From: Thraustochytrium aureum
Lineage: Eukaryota
Direction of reading: 5' to 3'
NCBI GenBank assembly: GCA_012862495.1
Contig: BLSG01000380.1
Span: forward strand, 25,998-65,921
DNA: 39,924 bases
Shown here: piece after piece, positions 22,045-31,559 of the stretch
Layout of the letters: the number at the start of each line of letters is the position of its first letter
How positions within the stretch are numbered: the stretch's first letter is position 1
The notes under the pieces: model-generated
What the model was told of the DNA's origin: nothing
Database searches by the model: none
What the model saw: only the letters and a program-made list of their open reading frames with translations
Program-made: the position numbers and the translations under genes

Positions 22045-25000
22045 CTAGGCCTCGAGATGGGTCCAGTCAAAGACGCTCTCGTACATCTCCCAGCTCTGCA
22101 AAGTGTACAGCAGAACGTTGACGCCCTGGCCGCCGCCGAGGCCAAACGCGCTCTTGCCCTTGGCAGCCTGCTTGCCGTCGCGCGAGAGCCAAAAGTACTC
22201 GACCGTGGCGCCGTACTTGATGATCTTCTTGTAAGGGATGTTGTCAACAACCTTGACGCGCGAGTCGGTGCGCTCGATAAAGTGGATGCCGTCGTGGTCA
22301 ACGCCGACGAGGAAGTCCTCGTTCGAGTCTGAGCGGCGCGCGTTGAAGAAGGTCATGCCGTACACCTCGGAGCGCTTGGCGACGGCCAGGAAGCGCTCCA
22401 TGAGCTTGGCTTCGGTACGCGGCAGCTTTTCGGAGACCGAGTTGGCGGCGACACGGGCCCAGTCCTCCGGGCTCTTGAGGCGGCGCCAGTAGGGCGACAT
22501 GAACTTTGTGAGGCCCGCCTCGGGGAGCTTGTCCACCTTGGGAGGCTTGAGGCCCTTCTGCTCCATGGTGACCGCGATGAGGGCCGCCTCGGCGGCGTCG
22601 ACTTCGTCGTTGAAGAAGAGCTCGCCGGACTGGATCTCCTGCACGAGCTGCATGTAGAGGCGCTTGTCGATGGCGAGGTCGGGCATGATGAGGCGGCGCT
22701 TGAACATGAACACGGGCGACTTGTTCTGCGAGAGCATGCGCACGTAGACGTCCCCGAGGTGCGACCACCAGGGCAGGGGCCAGCTGGTCTGCGGCGTCGG
22801 GGGGGCCTTGCGCGAGGTGGTGAGGCCAAGCATCTTGACCGCGTTCATGGCCCCCGTGACGGGGACGCTGAGCAGCCCGTTGCGCTTCTTGCCAGCGTCC
22901 GACGAGGAGGGCTCGGGGCCGTACTTTTCGACGAGCTTGGCGAAGAGCTCCTCCTCCTTGCCCTTCCAGTGCTGCAGGAAGAGGTCGACGTGGCGGAGCT
23001 TGCTCGGGTTGTAATGCTGGTAGAAGCGCTTGAGGCGCTCGCGGGGCGGCGCCTTGCCAGTCTCGGTGCTGTCGCGCACGAAGATGCCAAAGGTGGGCGT
23101 CTCGACGTTGTCCTCGATGCCCTCCTGGCGGCGGATGAGCTCGACGACCTGCGCGACGCGCAGGTCGGGCGTGATCGGGTACTGGAGCACCTCGCCGGAG
23201 ACCATGTGGATCGGGGCGAGAACGGGGGGCCGCTTGCGGTAGCACTGGATCTCCTCGAGGTTGGGCTTGAACCACGAGGGGCCGAGCTCGATGGTGGCGT
23301 CGAGCTGCACGATGCAGAGACGCGCGTAGTTGCCCGGGAGCCCGGGGAGGTTCTGGTGCTTGATGAGAAAGTTGAGCAGGTAGGGGGCGAAGGCCTCCGA
23401 GGGCGGGAAGGTCTTGGTTGCGAGGCAAAAGAGCAGCCAGGCGCGGTCCGCCGACTCGGGCTTGGGGTTCACGTAGACGTGCTTGCAGAGCTGCAGGTAG
23501 ATCTCGTCGCACATGGCCGGGTCCTCGAGGCCCTTGACGAGCATGTACTGGGCGAGCGTGGCCGGGAACGAGGTGCTCATGTCACCGCAGTACTGCAGGA
23601 TGGCGCGGTTGATGCGCATCGCCGTGCGGTTCTGCTCTTCGCCAAGCTTGAGCAGCGACTTGGGGATCGGCTTCTGCCGGCTCCAGAGCTTGAGCTTGGC
23701 GGCAATGGCGCGCTCCTCCTCGGGGAGGCCCGAGCAAAAGTCCTCGTTGGTCCGGATCTTGTAGTACTTTTTCAGCTCGTAAACCGAGTCGTCCTTGGCC
23801 TGCTCGAGGAGCACCTTGTGGCGGTCCGAGGCGAGCTTGGAGAGGCGCTCCATGGCCATCTGCTCGAGCTCGTCCTTGGTGGCCTCCTTGAGGCGGTCCA
23901 GGTTGGCCTGGCGGCGGCGCGAGAGCTCGGCCTGGTTGAACTCGGCCTCCTCCTGCTCGATCGTGGTGACCCAGTCCTTGATCTTGCGCGAGGCCACCGT
24001 GTCGATGCCGAGGGCCTGCGCCGAGGCCACCGCCTCGGTGAGGGCGCTGATCATGTCCTTCTTGTTCTTCTTGTCCTTCTCGGCCTTGGCCACGATCGCG
24101 TCGAGGTCGGCCTGGACCTGGATCTGCTTTTCGAGCTTGGCGATGAGCTCGGTGGCCTCGACGACCTTGGGGTCGTCGTTGGCGACGCCCTGCTTCTTGG
24201 CCTGCGAGAGCGCCTCGCTGACCGCGTCGACGTCCTTGGCGCTGACACCGTCCGAGCTCTGGGCCTTGTAGATGGCAGCGCGCATCTCGCTCGAGAGGCC
24301 GGAGAGGAGCTCGGCGCTCGCCTCGAGGCGCTTGCGCAGGTCCATGGCGCGCTTGACCAGCTCGTGCTCCTCGAGACCGATCTGAAGCACCTCCACCTCG
24401 AGCGTGTTGAGCTGCTGCAGGTCGTTGGTCGCCATGGCTTTGTCGAGAGCGTCGAGGAGGCGTTCCTGCTGCTCCTCGCGCTCCTTCGAGGCCTTGGCCT
24501 GCTCCTGCGCCACGCCCTGCGCCTTTATGACGAGGGGGTGGTCCTTCTGGCCGAGCTCTGCAAGGCGGTTCATGAGCGTCTTGATCTCCTTGACGTTCTT
24601 CTTGGCGATGGCCTTTTCGAGGTCCTCGAGGGCCTTGGTCTGCTCTTTGAGGCGCGCCAGGAGCGCGTCCGCGTCGCGGGCCTCGATGGTGTTCATGATG
24701 TCGGCCTTCTTGGCCGTGGCGAGGGCGGCCTCGAGCGCCTTGATGTCGGTGCCCTTGTCGACGGCGGCGCGCAGCTCATCGCGAACCTTGCGCTCCGACT
24801 CGATCTTGAGAACCATCGCCTCGGCGCTCTTGGCGAGCTTGCTGGAGCCCATGCCCTTCTCGCCGGCCACCTTGAGGGCGCGGCGGATTTCGCTCAGGTC
24901 CTTGGTGTCCATGGCGGCCTCGAGCATGTCGGTAATGCGCGCCTCCTCGCGGAGAACGTCGGCGAGGCGGCGCGCGTCCTCGACCTCGGGGACGCAGCGG

Positions 25001-27459
25001 CCGCTGTAGGGGAGCACGCCCACCTTGAGCAGGACCTCCTCGAGGTTTTGCAGGTCGCGCGACTTGATGGCGTTGCGGAGCTCGGCGCGAACCTGGTCCC
25101 ACTTGGCGCGGCGCTGGCGCACGATGAAACGGCGAGCGGTCTTTTGCATCTTGACCAGCACGTCAGCGAGCACGGCCTCGAGGGCGGCCTCGAGGCGGTC
25201 GAACTGGTCGTCGCGCATGAAGACCTTGTTTTTGCCCTTCTGGTACTCGTCCTTGCGGAACACGTCCGTGTCCTCGAGGCGGGCGCAGAGCGCGGGCGCG
25301 TCGGCGACGGCCTTGCCCTGCGACAGCGGCCGGTACGTGCGCAAAAACTCGTTGAACGTCTTGCGAATCGGGTAGCCCATCTTGCGGATGCGGCACACCT
25401 CGAGCACGCCGGCGTAGCGCAGCTGCTGCAGGACCATGTTGGCGGTGAACATGTCGCCGACCTTTTTCGAGTTGGGCTTGACGCAGCGCACAAAGTGGGG
25501 CGCCGTGCTGTTGAGCACGTCCATGAGCGCGGTGAGCTGGTCCTTGAACTGGGTCCCGAGCGTCGACTTTTTCTTGCTGTTGCTGGCGGCCGTGGCTTTG
25601 AAGAGCGCCTTGAGCATCTTGTTGGACGAGTTGAGCCCCACGTTCTCCAGCGCGAGCTGGAGGGTGTCGCGGCACTTGTCCAGGAAGCCTGTGGTGTCGT
25701 ACTCGACGGGGCCCGCAAAGTGGCGAAACACAAACACGTTCTTCAGGTGCGGGCGCTTCTTGAGCTCCTTGACGTCCGGCGCGGCCACGACGCCGTTGCT
25801 GGCGCCGGCCATGGCCAGCACCTTGGCGAGCATGGTCGAGTCCGTGCCGCGCGGCGTCTTGATCTCTTCGTCGATCTTGGCCAAGATCCCTGCGCCCTTG
25901 CCCGCCTCGATCATGGCCAGCACGTCCGAGTTGTCCTCAAAGTGGATCTTGTCCACGTCGACGCCCTCGCGCTTGTACTCCTCCATTTCGAGCGTGAACA
26001 CGAACGAGTTGAAGTGGCCCTGCAGCTTCTCATTGCAGTAGTTGATGCAGAGCTGCTCAAAGGAGTTGACGTCAAAGCTCTCAAAGCCGAAGATGTCGAG
26101 CACGCCGATCGTGCTGGCGCCCGCGATCTTCTTGAGCTTCTTGCCGTCCGCGCCCTCGCGCAGGGACTCGTTGATGCGGCTGATGAGCCAGTCGAACAGC
26201 GACGAGTAGGCCGCCTTGGCGAGCGCGTCGCGCGCGTCGGCGGCCTGCGCAGGGCTGTTGTTGCCCCAGGTCGTTTCCTTGCCGGCGGCGATCTGGCGTT
26301 GTGTCAGGGCCTTGCCGAGCGCGGCCGGGTCGGAGCCGAGCTGCTCAGCGGCAAGCTCTAGCATGTCCTTGTTGGCCACCTCGCTGCTTTCGTCGCCCGA
26401 CGCGCCCTTGTTGAAGCGGACGTTGCCCAGGTGGAGGATGCCGGCCAGGAGCATGAGCATCGAGTCGATCTCGTCGCCCGCGAGGCGGATCACCTCCATG
26501 GCCATCTGGGTCGACTTCCACTCGTCGGCGTCGTCCACGTTGGGGATTTCGGTGCTCGCGCGCTGGCTCTGGTTGAGGTAAAAGTACTGGGTCGCGTCCG
26601 AGAGCTGGAACTTTTCCTTCATGTCCGGGTCGATCTGGCTCGCTGCGCAGATCTGGTAAAAGATGTGGTAGTTGCGCTCGGACTCGCCCTGCTTGACCAG
26701 GCGCGACTTCTCCAGAAGGTAATTTTCAATGCTGCCGCCCACGATCTCGCCGGTCTTGGTGAACTCGATCGAGATGAACTTGCCGAACCGCGACGAGTTG
26801 TTGTTGCGGACCGTCTTGGCGTTGCCGAAGGCCTCCATCAGCGGGTTGGCCTCCAGGACGCGGTGCTGGATCCCCGAATCGCTGCCCGACTTGCTCGCGT
26901 TGGCGGTCTCGCGCTTGGACTTCTCCGCGATGTACTGCAGGAACAGCTTGGTGGCCTCGGTCTTGCCGGCGCCCGACTCGCCTGACACGATGCAGGACTG
27001 GTTGAGGCGCGTGGACATCATCGCGCGGTAGGCGTCGTCTGCCACGCCGTAGATGTGCGGGTCCAGGTCCCGGGACCCCCGGTCCATGTACTCGTCCATG
27101 ACTTGCGGGCTGTAGATGGGGAGCATCTTGAAGGGATTGAGTGAGACCAGGATGCGGCCCACTGACGTGTAGATTACATCTTCGTCGTACCTGAGCCGCA
27201 GGTTGTGCAGGATGGCCTCCTCGGAGAGCTCCTTGAGGCCGACCAGGTCGTCCAGGGGCTTGAGCGACTCCTCGTTCATGCGCACCACCTTTTTGCTTTC
27301 CTCGGCAGACACTTTGCGGGGCTTGCTCGACGGCTTGCCCTTCTCGATCACCTTGACCTGGCCCGCCTTGCCGACCTCGAAGGCGGACACGACCAGCGCG
27401 GGCAGCACCACCTCGTCGTCATCCGGGATGAACACGTACGAGTCCGCGGGAAACGACAT
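22045..27459 (-). CDS. Unconventional myosin, 1804 aa, intronless: motor, one IQ, helical-repeat tail, MyTH4, FERM-like
   Basis: P-loop 'GESGAGKT', 'EAFGNAKTVRNNNSSRFGK', 'LLEKSR', 'DIFGFE', 'PHFVRCVKPN'. IQ-like 'MQKTARRFIVRQR'. MyTH4 'DEIYLQLCKH..AWLLFCLATKTFPPS'. FERM C-lobe 'YGMTFF..LVGVDHDGIHF'. The ORF upstream of ATG 27459 is microsatellite-derived. Confidence 0.95.
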   Translation of the reverse strand: MSFPADSYVFIPDDDEVVLPALVVSAFEVGKAGQVKVIEKGKPSSKPRKVSAEESKKVVRMNEESLKPLDDLVGLKELSEEAILHNLRLRYDEDVIYTSVGRILVSLNPFKMLPIYSPQVMDEYMDRGSRDLDPHIYGVADDAYRAMMSTRLNQSCIVSGESGAGKTEATKLFLQYIAEKSKRETANASKSGSDSGIQHRVLEANPLMEAFGNAKTVRNNNSSRFGKFISIEFTKTGEIVGGSIENYLLEKSRLVKQGESERNYHIFYQICAASQIDPDMKEKFQLSDATQYFYLNQSQRASTEIPNVDDADEWKSTQMAMEVIRLAGDEIDSMLMLLAGILHLGNVRFNKGASGDESSEVANKDMLELAAEQLGSDPAALGKALTQRQIAAGKETTWGNNSPAQAADARDALAKAAYSSLFDWLISRINESLREGADGKKLKKIAGASTIGVLDIFGFESFDVNSFEQLCINYCNEKLQGHFNSFVFTLEMEEYKREGVDVDKIHFEDNSDVLAMIEAGKGAGILAKIDEEIKTPRGTDSTMLAKVLAMAGASNGVVAAPDVKELKKRPHLKNVFVFRHFAGPVEYDTTGFLDKCRDTLQLALENVGLNSSNKMLKALFKATAASNSKKKSTLGTQFKDQLTALMDVLNSTAPHFVRCVKPNSKKVGDMFTANMVLQQLRYAGVLEVCRIRKMGYPIRKTFNEFLRTYRPLSQGKAVADAPALCARLEDTDVFRKDEYQKGKNKVFMRDDQFDRLEAALEAVLADVLVKMQKTARRFIVRQRRAKWDQVRAELRNAIKSRDLQNLEEVLLKVGVLPYSGRCVPEVEDARRLADVLREEARITDMLEAAMDTKDLSEIRRALKVAGEKGMGSSKLAKSAEAMVLKIESERKVRDELRAAVDKGTDIKALEAALATAKKADIMNTIEARDADALLARLKEQTKALEDLEKAIAKKNVKEIKTLMNRLAELGQKDHPLVIKAQGVAQEQAKASKEREEQQERLLDALDKAMATNDLQQLNTLEVEVLQIGLEEHELVKRAMDLRKRLEASAELLSGLSSEMRAAIYKAQSSDGVSAKDVDAVSEALSQAKKQGVANDDPKVVEATELIAKLEKQIQVQADLDAIVAKAEKDKKNKKDMISALTEAVASAQALGIDTVASRKIKDWVTTIEQEEAEFNQAELSRRRQANLDRLKEATKDELEQMAMERLSKLASDRHKVLLEQAKDDSVYELKKYYKIRTNEDFCSGLPEEERAIAAKLKLWSRQKPIPKSLLKLGEEQNRTAMRINRAILQYCGDMSTSFPATLAQYMLVKGLEDPAMCDEIYLQLCKHVYVNPKPESADRAWLLFCLATKTFPPSEAFAPYLLNFLIKHQNLPGLPGNYARLCIVQLDATIELGPSWFKPNLEEIQCYRKRPPVLAPIHMVSGEVLQYPITPDLRVAQVVELIRRQEGIEDNVETPTFGIFVRDSTETGKAPPRERLKRFYQHYNPSKLRHVDLFLQHWKGKEEELFAKLVEKYGPEPSSSDAGKKRNGLLSVPVTGAMNAVKMLGLTTSRKAPPTPQTSWPLPWWSHLGDVYVRMLSQNKSPVFMFKRRLIMPDLAIDKRLYMQLVQEIQSGELFFNDEVDAAEAALIAVTMEQKGLKPPKVDKLPEAGLTKFMSPYWRRLKSPEDWARVAANSVSEKLPRTEAKLMERFLAVAKRSEVYGMTFFNARRSDSNEDFLVGVDHDGIHFIERTDSRVKVVDNIPYKKIIKYGATVEYFWLSRDGKQAAKGKSAFGLGGGQGVNVLLYTLQSWEMYESVFDWTHLEA

Positions 27460-27540
27460 GGTGCACGCACGCCGGCGCACCTCCTGGCCGCTCCTCTCCT
27501 CGCCCGCCTTCCCCCGCTCGCTTCTTCTGCCTCGCACGCG

Positions 27541-27612
27541 CGCTCGCTGCTCCGCTCGCTGCTCCGCTCGCTGCTTTGCACCGCGGGCGCTCGCTCGCTC
27601 GCTCGCTCGCTC
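27541..27612. repeat. Microsatellites in the myosin 5' region
   Basis: CGCTCGCTGCTC x~3 at 27541-27575 and (GCTC)6 at 27589-27612. Confidence 0.85.
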
Positions 27613-29007
27613 GACCTTGCGGGACTGCTGCACAGCGCCGTGCCCGCTTTGCTCACGCTTGCTCGCTTGCTCGCTTGCAGGGATACAATCCATCGCCTCG
27701 AGCTGGGTGTCGTGCGCCCCTTCCTCCCTCTCCCTCTCCCTCCCTCGCACTCTGCCAACTCTATCCAATCTCCCTCTCCACTCGAGTGACTATCTATCTA
27801 CCTCTGCCTGCCAGGCTGCACTCGCTCTCAGAACAGGACGGGGCGCCACGGGAGTTGGCACGCACGCCGGGCCACCAAAGCTCACAGCGGCGCCCAGTGC
27901 GAACCGAGCCGAACGCCTCTCAGGCAGGCTAGGCACTCGCGTGATGCACGCGTCCTGGAGGGCGTCCGAGTCGGCCTGGTACACTTTTCTTTCCCCTCTT
28001 TCCTGCTCCTGTGAGCGCAATGCGCTTTGCACGGCGATGGCGTGCGCCCTCACGCGCACGAGCAAGGCGACGGCCAGTGTGCGTGTACGTGTGTGTGCGT
28101 GCGGTGGGTGAGCTGGCCCTCACAGGCAGAGCGCGCGGCTCGAAGGCCGAAGGCAGCCCTTTCTGTTTCTCCAGCAAGCCATGATCGCTGCGTCGTTTTT
28201 GTTCCCGAGTCACGAAGTCGAGGAGGAAGAGGAGAAGTGGGCAAGTGCTGCGGCTAGCTAGGTATCTATCATGGATGGGCCTGCATGCCTGCATTGTTCG
28301 CCCGAAACGAGCGGGTGAGGTACTCACACGCAGAGCGGGTCACAANNNNNNNNNNNNNNNNNNNNNNNNNNNNNNNNNNNNNNNNNNNNNNNNNNNNNNN
28401 NNNNNNNNNNNNNNNNNNNNNNNNNNNNNNNNNNNNNNNNNNNNNNNNNNNNNNNNNNNNNNNNNNNNNNNNNNNNNNNNNNNNNNNNNNNNNNNNNNNN
28501 NNNNNNNNNNNNNNNNNNNNNNNNNNNNNNNNNNNNNNNNNNNNNNNNNNNNNNNNNNNNNNNNNNNNNNNNNNNNNNNNNNNNNNNNNNNNNNNNNNNN
28601 NNNNNNNNNNNNNNNNNNNNNNNNNNNNNNNNNNNNNNNNNNNNNNNNNNNNNNNNNNNNNNNNNNNNNNNNNNNNNNNNNNNNNNNNNNNNNNNNNNNN
28701 NNNNNNNNNNNNNNNNNNNNNNNNNNNNNNNNNNNNNNNNNNNNNNNNNNNNNNNNNNNNNNNNNNNNNNNNNNNNNNNNNNNNNNNNNNNNNNNNNNNN
28801 NNNNNNNNNNNNNNNNNNNNNNNNNNNNNNNNNNNNNNNNNNNNNNNNNNNNNNNNNNNNNNNNNNNNNNNNNNNNNNNNNNNNNNNNNNNNNNNNNNNN
28901 NNNNNNNNNNNNNNNNNNNNNNNNNNNNNNNNNNNNNNNNNNNNNNNNNNNNNNNNNNNNNNNNNNNNNNNNNNNNNNNNNNNNNNNNNNNNNNNNNNNN
29001 NNNNNNN

Positions 29008-31484
29008 GCGGACCGAACCGAGGCGCCTGCACCAGCCTCCGCGGGTGCTCGTGCACTAGACACTGCAGCGCAGCAACACTCGACGGAGGTGGTGGAGGCT
29101 CCTCCAAATGGCACGGCGGGTGCCACGCGGCATAGCATGGAGGGCCTGCCGCAAGAACCGCCCCCGGTGTCGCAATCAAACACTTCCAACCAAGCTGAAC
29201 GCACCGCGACAAGTGCCGACATTGGCATCCAGACCTGCTTGGACGCACCTCCAACAACGTCCCAATTTGTGCAAACCGATTTCGAGCCGAGCGGTGAAAT
29301 CAGGGGCCGAAACACCGGGTCGCTTGACTGTCCTGCAGAGCCCGATCTGCCGGCTATGAACGCCACGGTTCCGCAGCGCGCGCGGAAACGGCCGACCATG
29401 GTGAATGCATACACCCAAGTTTCCTTTGAGATCCACAGGCGAAGACAAATGAACAAATTCGCCAACCGCGAAAAGCTCCGCCGCGCGCAAGTGCTAAAAG
29501 CGTACATGGAAACTTCCGTCTTGAGCGAGCTGCGCGAGTCGATCGACCGAGACGTGCTCCCTCGGTCCCTCCAAGTCGGGTGTCGAGCGCTCCGCCATTT
29601 CCCAGGATCCAGCTCTGGCATTCGTTGTCGGCTGGTCGATTTCTCCGTGGACAAAGGCTACACTGTCGAGTACAGCGACGGCGAGCAAGAAGTCGTTGCA
29701 GACATGGACCTCCTCTCAGCAGCGCCCCAGTACCCAGCCCAACCTACCGTGCAAGAGGAGCAGAAAGCCGCACCAGCTCGTATGGAAATCCATAGCGCAG
29801 AGGAGAGCGCTCAACCGTCAGACCTGCAGCTTGAGTGCATGGTTCTCGAAAAGGCTATGTTTGCGCTGAGCGACAGCCGCGTAAACAACTACACAACAGC
29901 AGCGCAAATCATCGAGTGGCACGGCAACCCCCGCTCGATCGTGCCCCCTGCGCATCTCCTGTGGCACAAGCAGGTCGAGGCCGCGGCCGCGGCGCGCCCC
30001 AATCGAACGATGGAGAGCCTTTCACCTGAGGAAGATCACGCCATCTTCGAGCGCTTTAGCGAGCTTCCGACCGAGGAATCAGAACCCTGGCACGAACTGC
30101 GCGCAGCGCTACTCAACGACCAGGAGCGCCTGGTCGTCGGTGGCGCTCTCCCGCGGGCGATGCAGGTCGTAGTAGATATCCTGTATTGTGCCCGCGTGTA
30201 TGCCCGAAACAACAAGGCCCTGATCTGCTCTGGTGTGGCGCTTTTTGCTGCTCTCGCCGACGAGCGAAAGTATGACCACAACATCAACATGATGCCCGAG
30301 AGCGAGCGTGCGCCCGATACGCTGCTCGCAGCGTCCACACTGACAGGGGGCTTGCTGTCGGCCCCGCACAATGCGGCCAAGCTGGAGCGAATTTTCCGCC
30401 GTCTCGCTCCGGATATGCAGGCGCACTATCACCGACTGTCTGAACATCTGCTCGCGCTGCACGTCGACCCGCTGCCACCAACAGAGCTTATGCCAGCCCA
30501 CCGTCGTCGGGTCCGTTTCACGGCATACGTGGATCGGCGCGTGAACGACCTGCAGACTGCTCTTCGCGTCCTCGAGCGGGCGAAGTCAGCGCAACAGGCC
30601 ATGCTCAAAGCGGATCGCTTGCTTCGCCGCCACGAGCAAGCCTATGCAACTATGCTGCACGGCTTTGGGCTTGTGCGCCCTCTACGCGGCGCCTTCACCG
30701 CGCCTCACGTGAGCGGCAGGTCAGAGTCCCACCAGTCCGCTGCTTCATTTGACAAGCGCAAGAGCGGTGCCGCAGCCCCACTTCCCACGAGAACCGACGT
30801 GGTACTTCGAGCGCCTGCCGCCGCTCGCGAGCCCAAAATGTTTGACGAAGAGCTTCTTGGAGGCCTGGTCGGCTCTGGCGACGAGCCCCGCCGCCGCCGG
30901 ACGCAGCAGGTGAGCTACTTGCCGCAGGCGACGACCCCCCGCCGCCGCCGGACGCAGCAGGAGAGCCTCTCGTCACAGGCGATGGGCCGCCACCCCCGCC
31001 CACCGACCCAATGGACCAACTCACTGCAGGCGATGAGCCACCACCCACGACAACCGGCCCAGTTGAGCCGCGGTCTGCACCAACTTCGGCCTACGAACTT
31101 GTCACAAACCTTCCTCGCGGGAAGGCGAACTTTGAGCAGACTCGCCTCCGCTCTGTCGTCAACTTTAGCGATAGCGACTCGGAGGATGGCCTCTTGCGGT
31201 TCCAAGCTGACAAGACGCGCAGCAGGCCGCACCCTGCCACTTCCCGAAGGAAAGTCTACAAAGAGAAAAAGGTCACGTGGCCGCAGCTGCGCGGACCTGT
31301 GCACTCAGATGACGAGGACCCGCCGCCGGACCATCACGAGTTTGTGGCGGGCGAGGGTTTTGCGCAGCAGCGCAGCACGATTAGGGGCTCTGACTCTGAT
31401 TCCGACTCGGCTGCGGATTCAAGCTCGGATTCAAGCTTCCGCCTCGAAGACTCCTCAGGCAAGACCGCGAAACGGCAGAGCTGA
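29008..31484 (+). CDS. Large hypothetical protein, start inside or before the gap. Tudor-like segment, helical core, Pro-rich repeats, acidic tail. Frameshift at ~30886.
   Basis: Open frame from the gap edge for about 620 codons. Tudor-like 'RCRLVDFSVDKGYTVEYSDGEQEVV'. Repeat periodicity shows a 1-nt deletion that moves reading into the frame of ORF 31011..31484. Confidence 0.7.
30877..31070 (+). repeat. 51-nt (17-aa) coding minisatellite, four copies
   Basis: Units start GGCGA at 30877, 30927, 30978 and 31029, encoding GD(E/D/G)PPPPP(DAAGE)... in the corrected frame. Confidence 0.85.
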
Positions 31485-31559
31485 TGGGCGCAGCTATTGC
31501 GCTGCCCAGCCTTGCTTTAGAGTGCGCTATCTTTAGAAAGACTTGCAGCTCGTGCAATC

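Noticed and set aside
22759..26361. 1200-aa plus-strand ORF antisense to the myosin
   Set aside because: Shadow frame caused by extreme C/G third-position bias. It has no recognisable motifs.
27460..27768. 103-aa N-terminal extension of the myosin ORF
   Set aside because: Translates microsatellites (ERAS/RAEQ) from a non-ATG start. ATG 27459 sits in good context just ahead of the SH3-like/motor region.
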